41,697 nt of DNA from Tubiluchus corallicola (lineage: Eukaryota; Animalia; Priapulida): NCBI GenBank assembly GCA_030141605.1, contig JAQGDQ010001427.1, positions 1 through 41,697 of the forward strand, read 5' to 3'. The notes beneath the pieces are model-generated. The model saw only the letters and a program-made list of their open reading frames with translations, did not search any database and was not told the DNA's origin. Positions 29,161 through 41,697 of the stretch are shown here, one piece after another. How positions within the stretch are numbered: position 1 is the first letter of the stretch; each line of letters begins with the position of its first letter. A program made the position numbers and the translations under genes.

Positions 29161-29527
29161 TATAATTAGAAACATCAATGCAATCTAAATGTATTCTCAT
29201 CAGAAATTTTTATAAAGCAGCTCTTACAGCAATATTTTAATATTAAAAAATAGAATTGTGATTAGGATTTTTTAACTTACAGCAATTTCCAAGAATTTTA
29301 CTTATTTTCTGCCATCTCGATGTTATAGTGTAAATGAATGCAGCCTATACTGATGTATGGACGTTGCTTATGTGATAAATAGTTGTAAAAAGTATTCTTG
29401 TACCAGATCTAGTGGATTAATCAGATACCATTGATTAACACCAAATCATTAAATCTAAATCAAATTATTGCTTGGTAACATTTCTGTAATCAACTTTGCT
29501 AGTTTTTGTTTTAGGTAACAATTAAGC

Positions 29528-29870
29528 TTTGGAAGGCCAATGGAAACTTTATTGCTTATTTTTAATATTGATAAATCATTGAGGAATATTAATAAATCGA
29601 TTTTGAATATTCATAAAACAATTTCGAATATTCATGATTGACGTTTTTTAATTTCACAATAATTTATTAATATTAGCACATGCATCATTTTGAAACATAG
29701 AAATGTTGTTTATTATTACTAGTAGATGAATTATGAATAGACAAAATTAATTACGAAAATTCAAAAATGATTTATGAATATTCAAAATAGGTTTATGAAA
29801 AATTAGAAAAAATGTTTTGTGAATGTTCCTCATTCAAAATAAGCATTAAATTCTACTTTGACCCTCCATA
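29528..29870. mobile_element. Possible AT-rich foldback MITE downstream of the ACE stop
   Basis: Imperfect TIRs TTTGGAAGGCCAA / TTGACCCTCCATA with repeated GAATATTC motifs in both halves. Confidence 0.4.
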
Positions 29871-29928
29871 TTTAGTACATTTTTCATGTACACCTGTAAA
29901 CACTAGGAAAATATTCATTGTTTATTTG

Positions 29929-41340
<11,412 letters not shown>

Positions 41341-41697
41341 CTAAACAAAGTGTAATTATACTTCGTAGTTTGGTAGTTAACGTAAATTACACATAAACGA
41401 ATAGCAATAGTATTAGTAGTTTATTGACAAGGATTATCTTGTTACAGGGAGTGAGTGTTGATAGTAAAACAATAAACATCCATCTTATGTCCAGAAAGAA
41501 ACGAGTCGTTTAACATTATCATAGAACAAAAATACATGGCCTCCAATCAATTATAATGCTATTTTAATATACCTCTATGTAAATTAAACATACACTGTGG
41601 TCGTTTCTTCTCCTCTTTTCCTTCTTCCTATCCCTAATCTTACTATTTTTTTCCATTCCATCATGTCTACTAATCCTAACCATCTTTCATTCACTCA

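Overview
AT-rich, intron- and repeat-dense animal (probably invertebrate) genomic DNA; the species cannot be identified from this window. Four spliced genes were reconstructed by hand. (1, 2) Two tandem + strand paralogs of a 15-hydroxyprostaglandin-dehydrogenase-like (HPGD-type) NAD-dependent SDR: copy 1 shows exons 4-7 only (1715-3912); copy 2 is complete (7 exons, 264 aa, 9020-15081, one GC-AG intron). (3) A convergent - strand METTL27/WBSCR27-like SAM methyltransferase (5 coding exons, 226 aa, 21730-16791). (4) The 3' part of a - strand ACE (peptidase M2) gene (7 exons, 41340-29929) with intact HEMGH/EAVGD zinc ligands, no visible C-terminal membrane anchor and a remodelled chloride pocket. 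Introns and spacers hold hAT- and Kolobok-type MITEs, LINE 3' fragments, solo LTRs, a tRNA-derived SINE, two copies of a 5S-rRNA-headed RTE-derived SINE, and many mini- and microsatellites. Most long ORFs in the track are repeat artefacts. I found no clear new multi-gene system. The best leads are the 5S/RTE chimeric SINE, inverted repeats bracketing methyltransferase exons 1-3, the divergent ACE active site, substrate-site divergence between the HPGD paralogs, a heat-shock-element solo LTR, a rod-like foldback inside an LTR, and a paralog-specific perfect hairpin.
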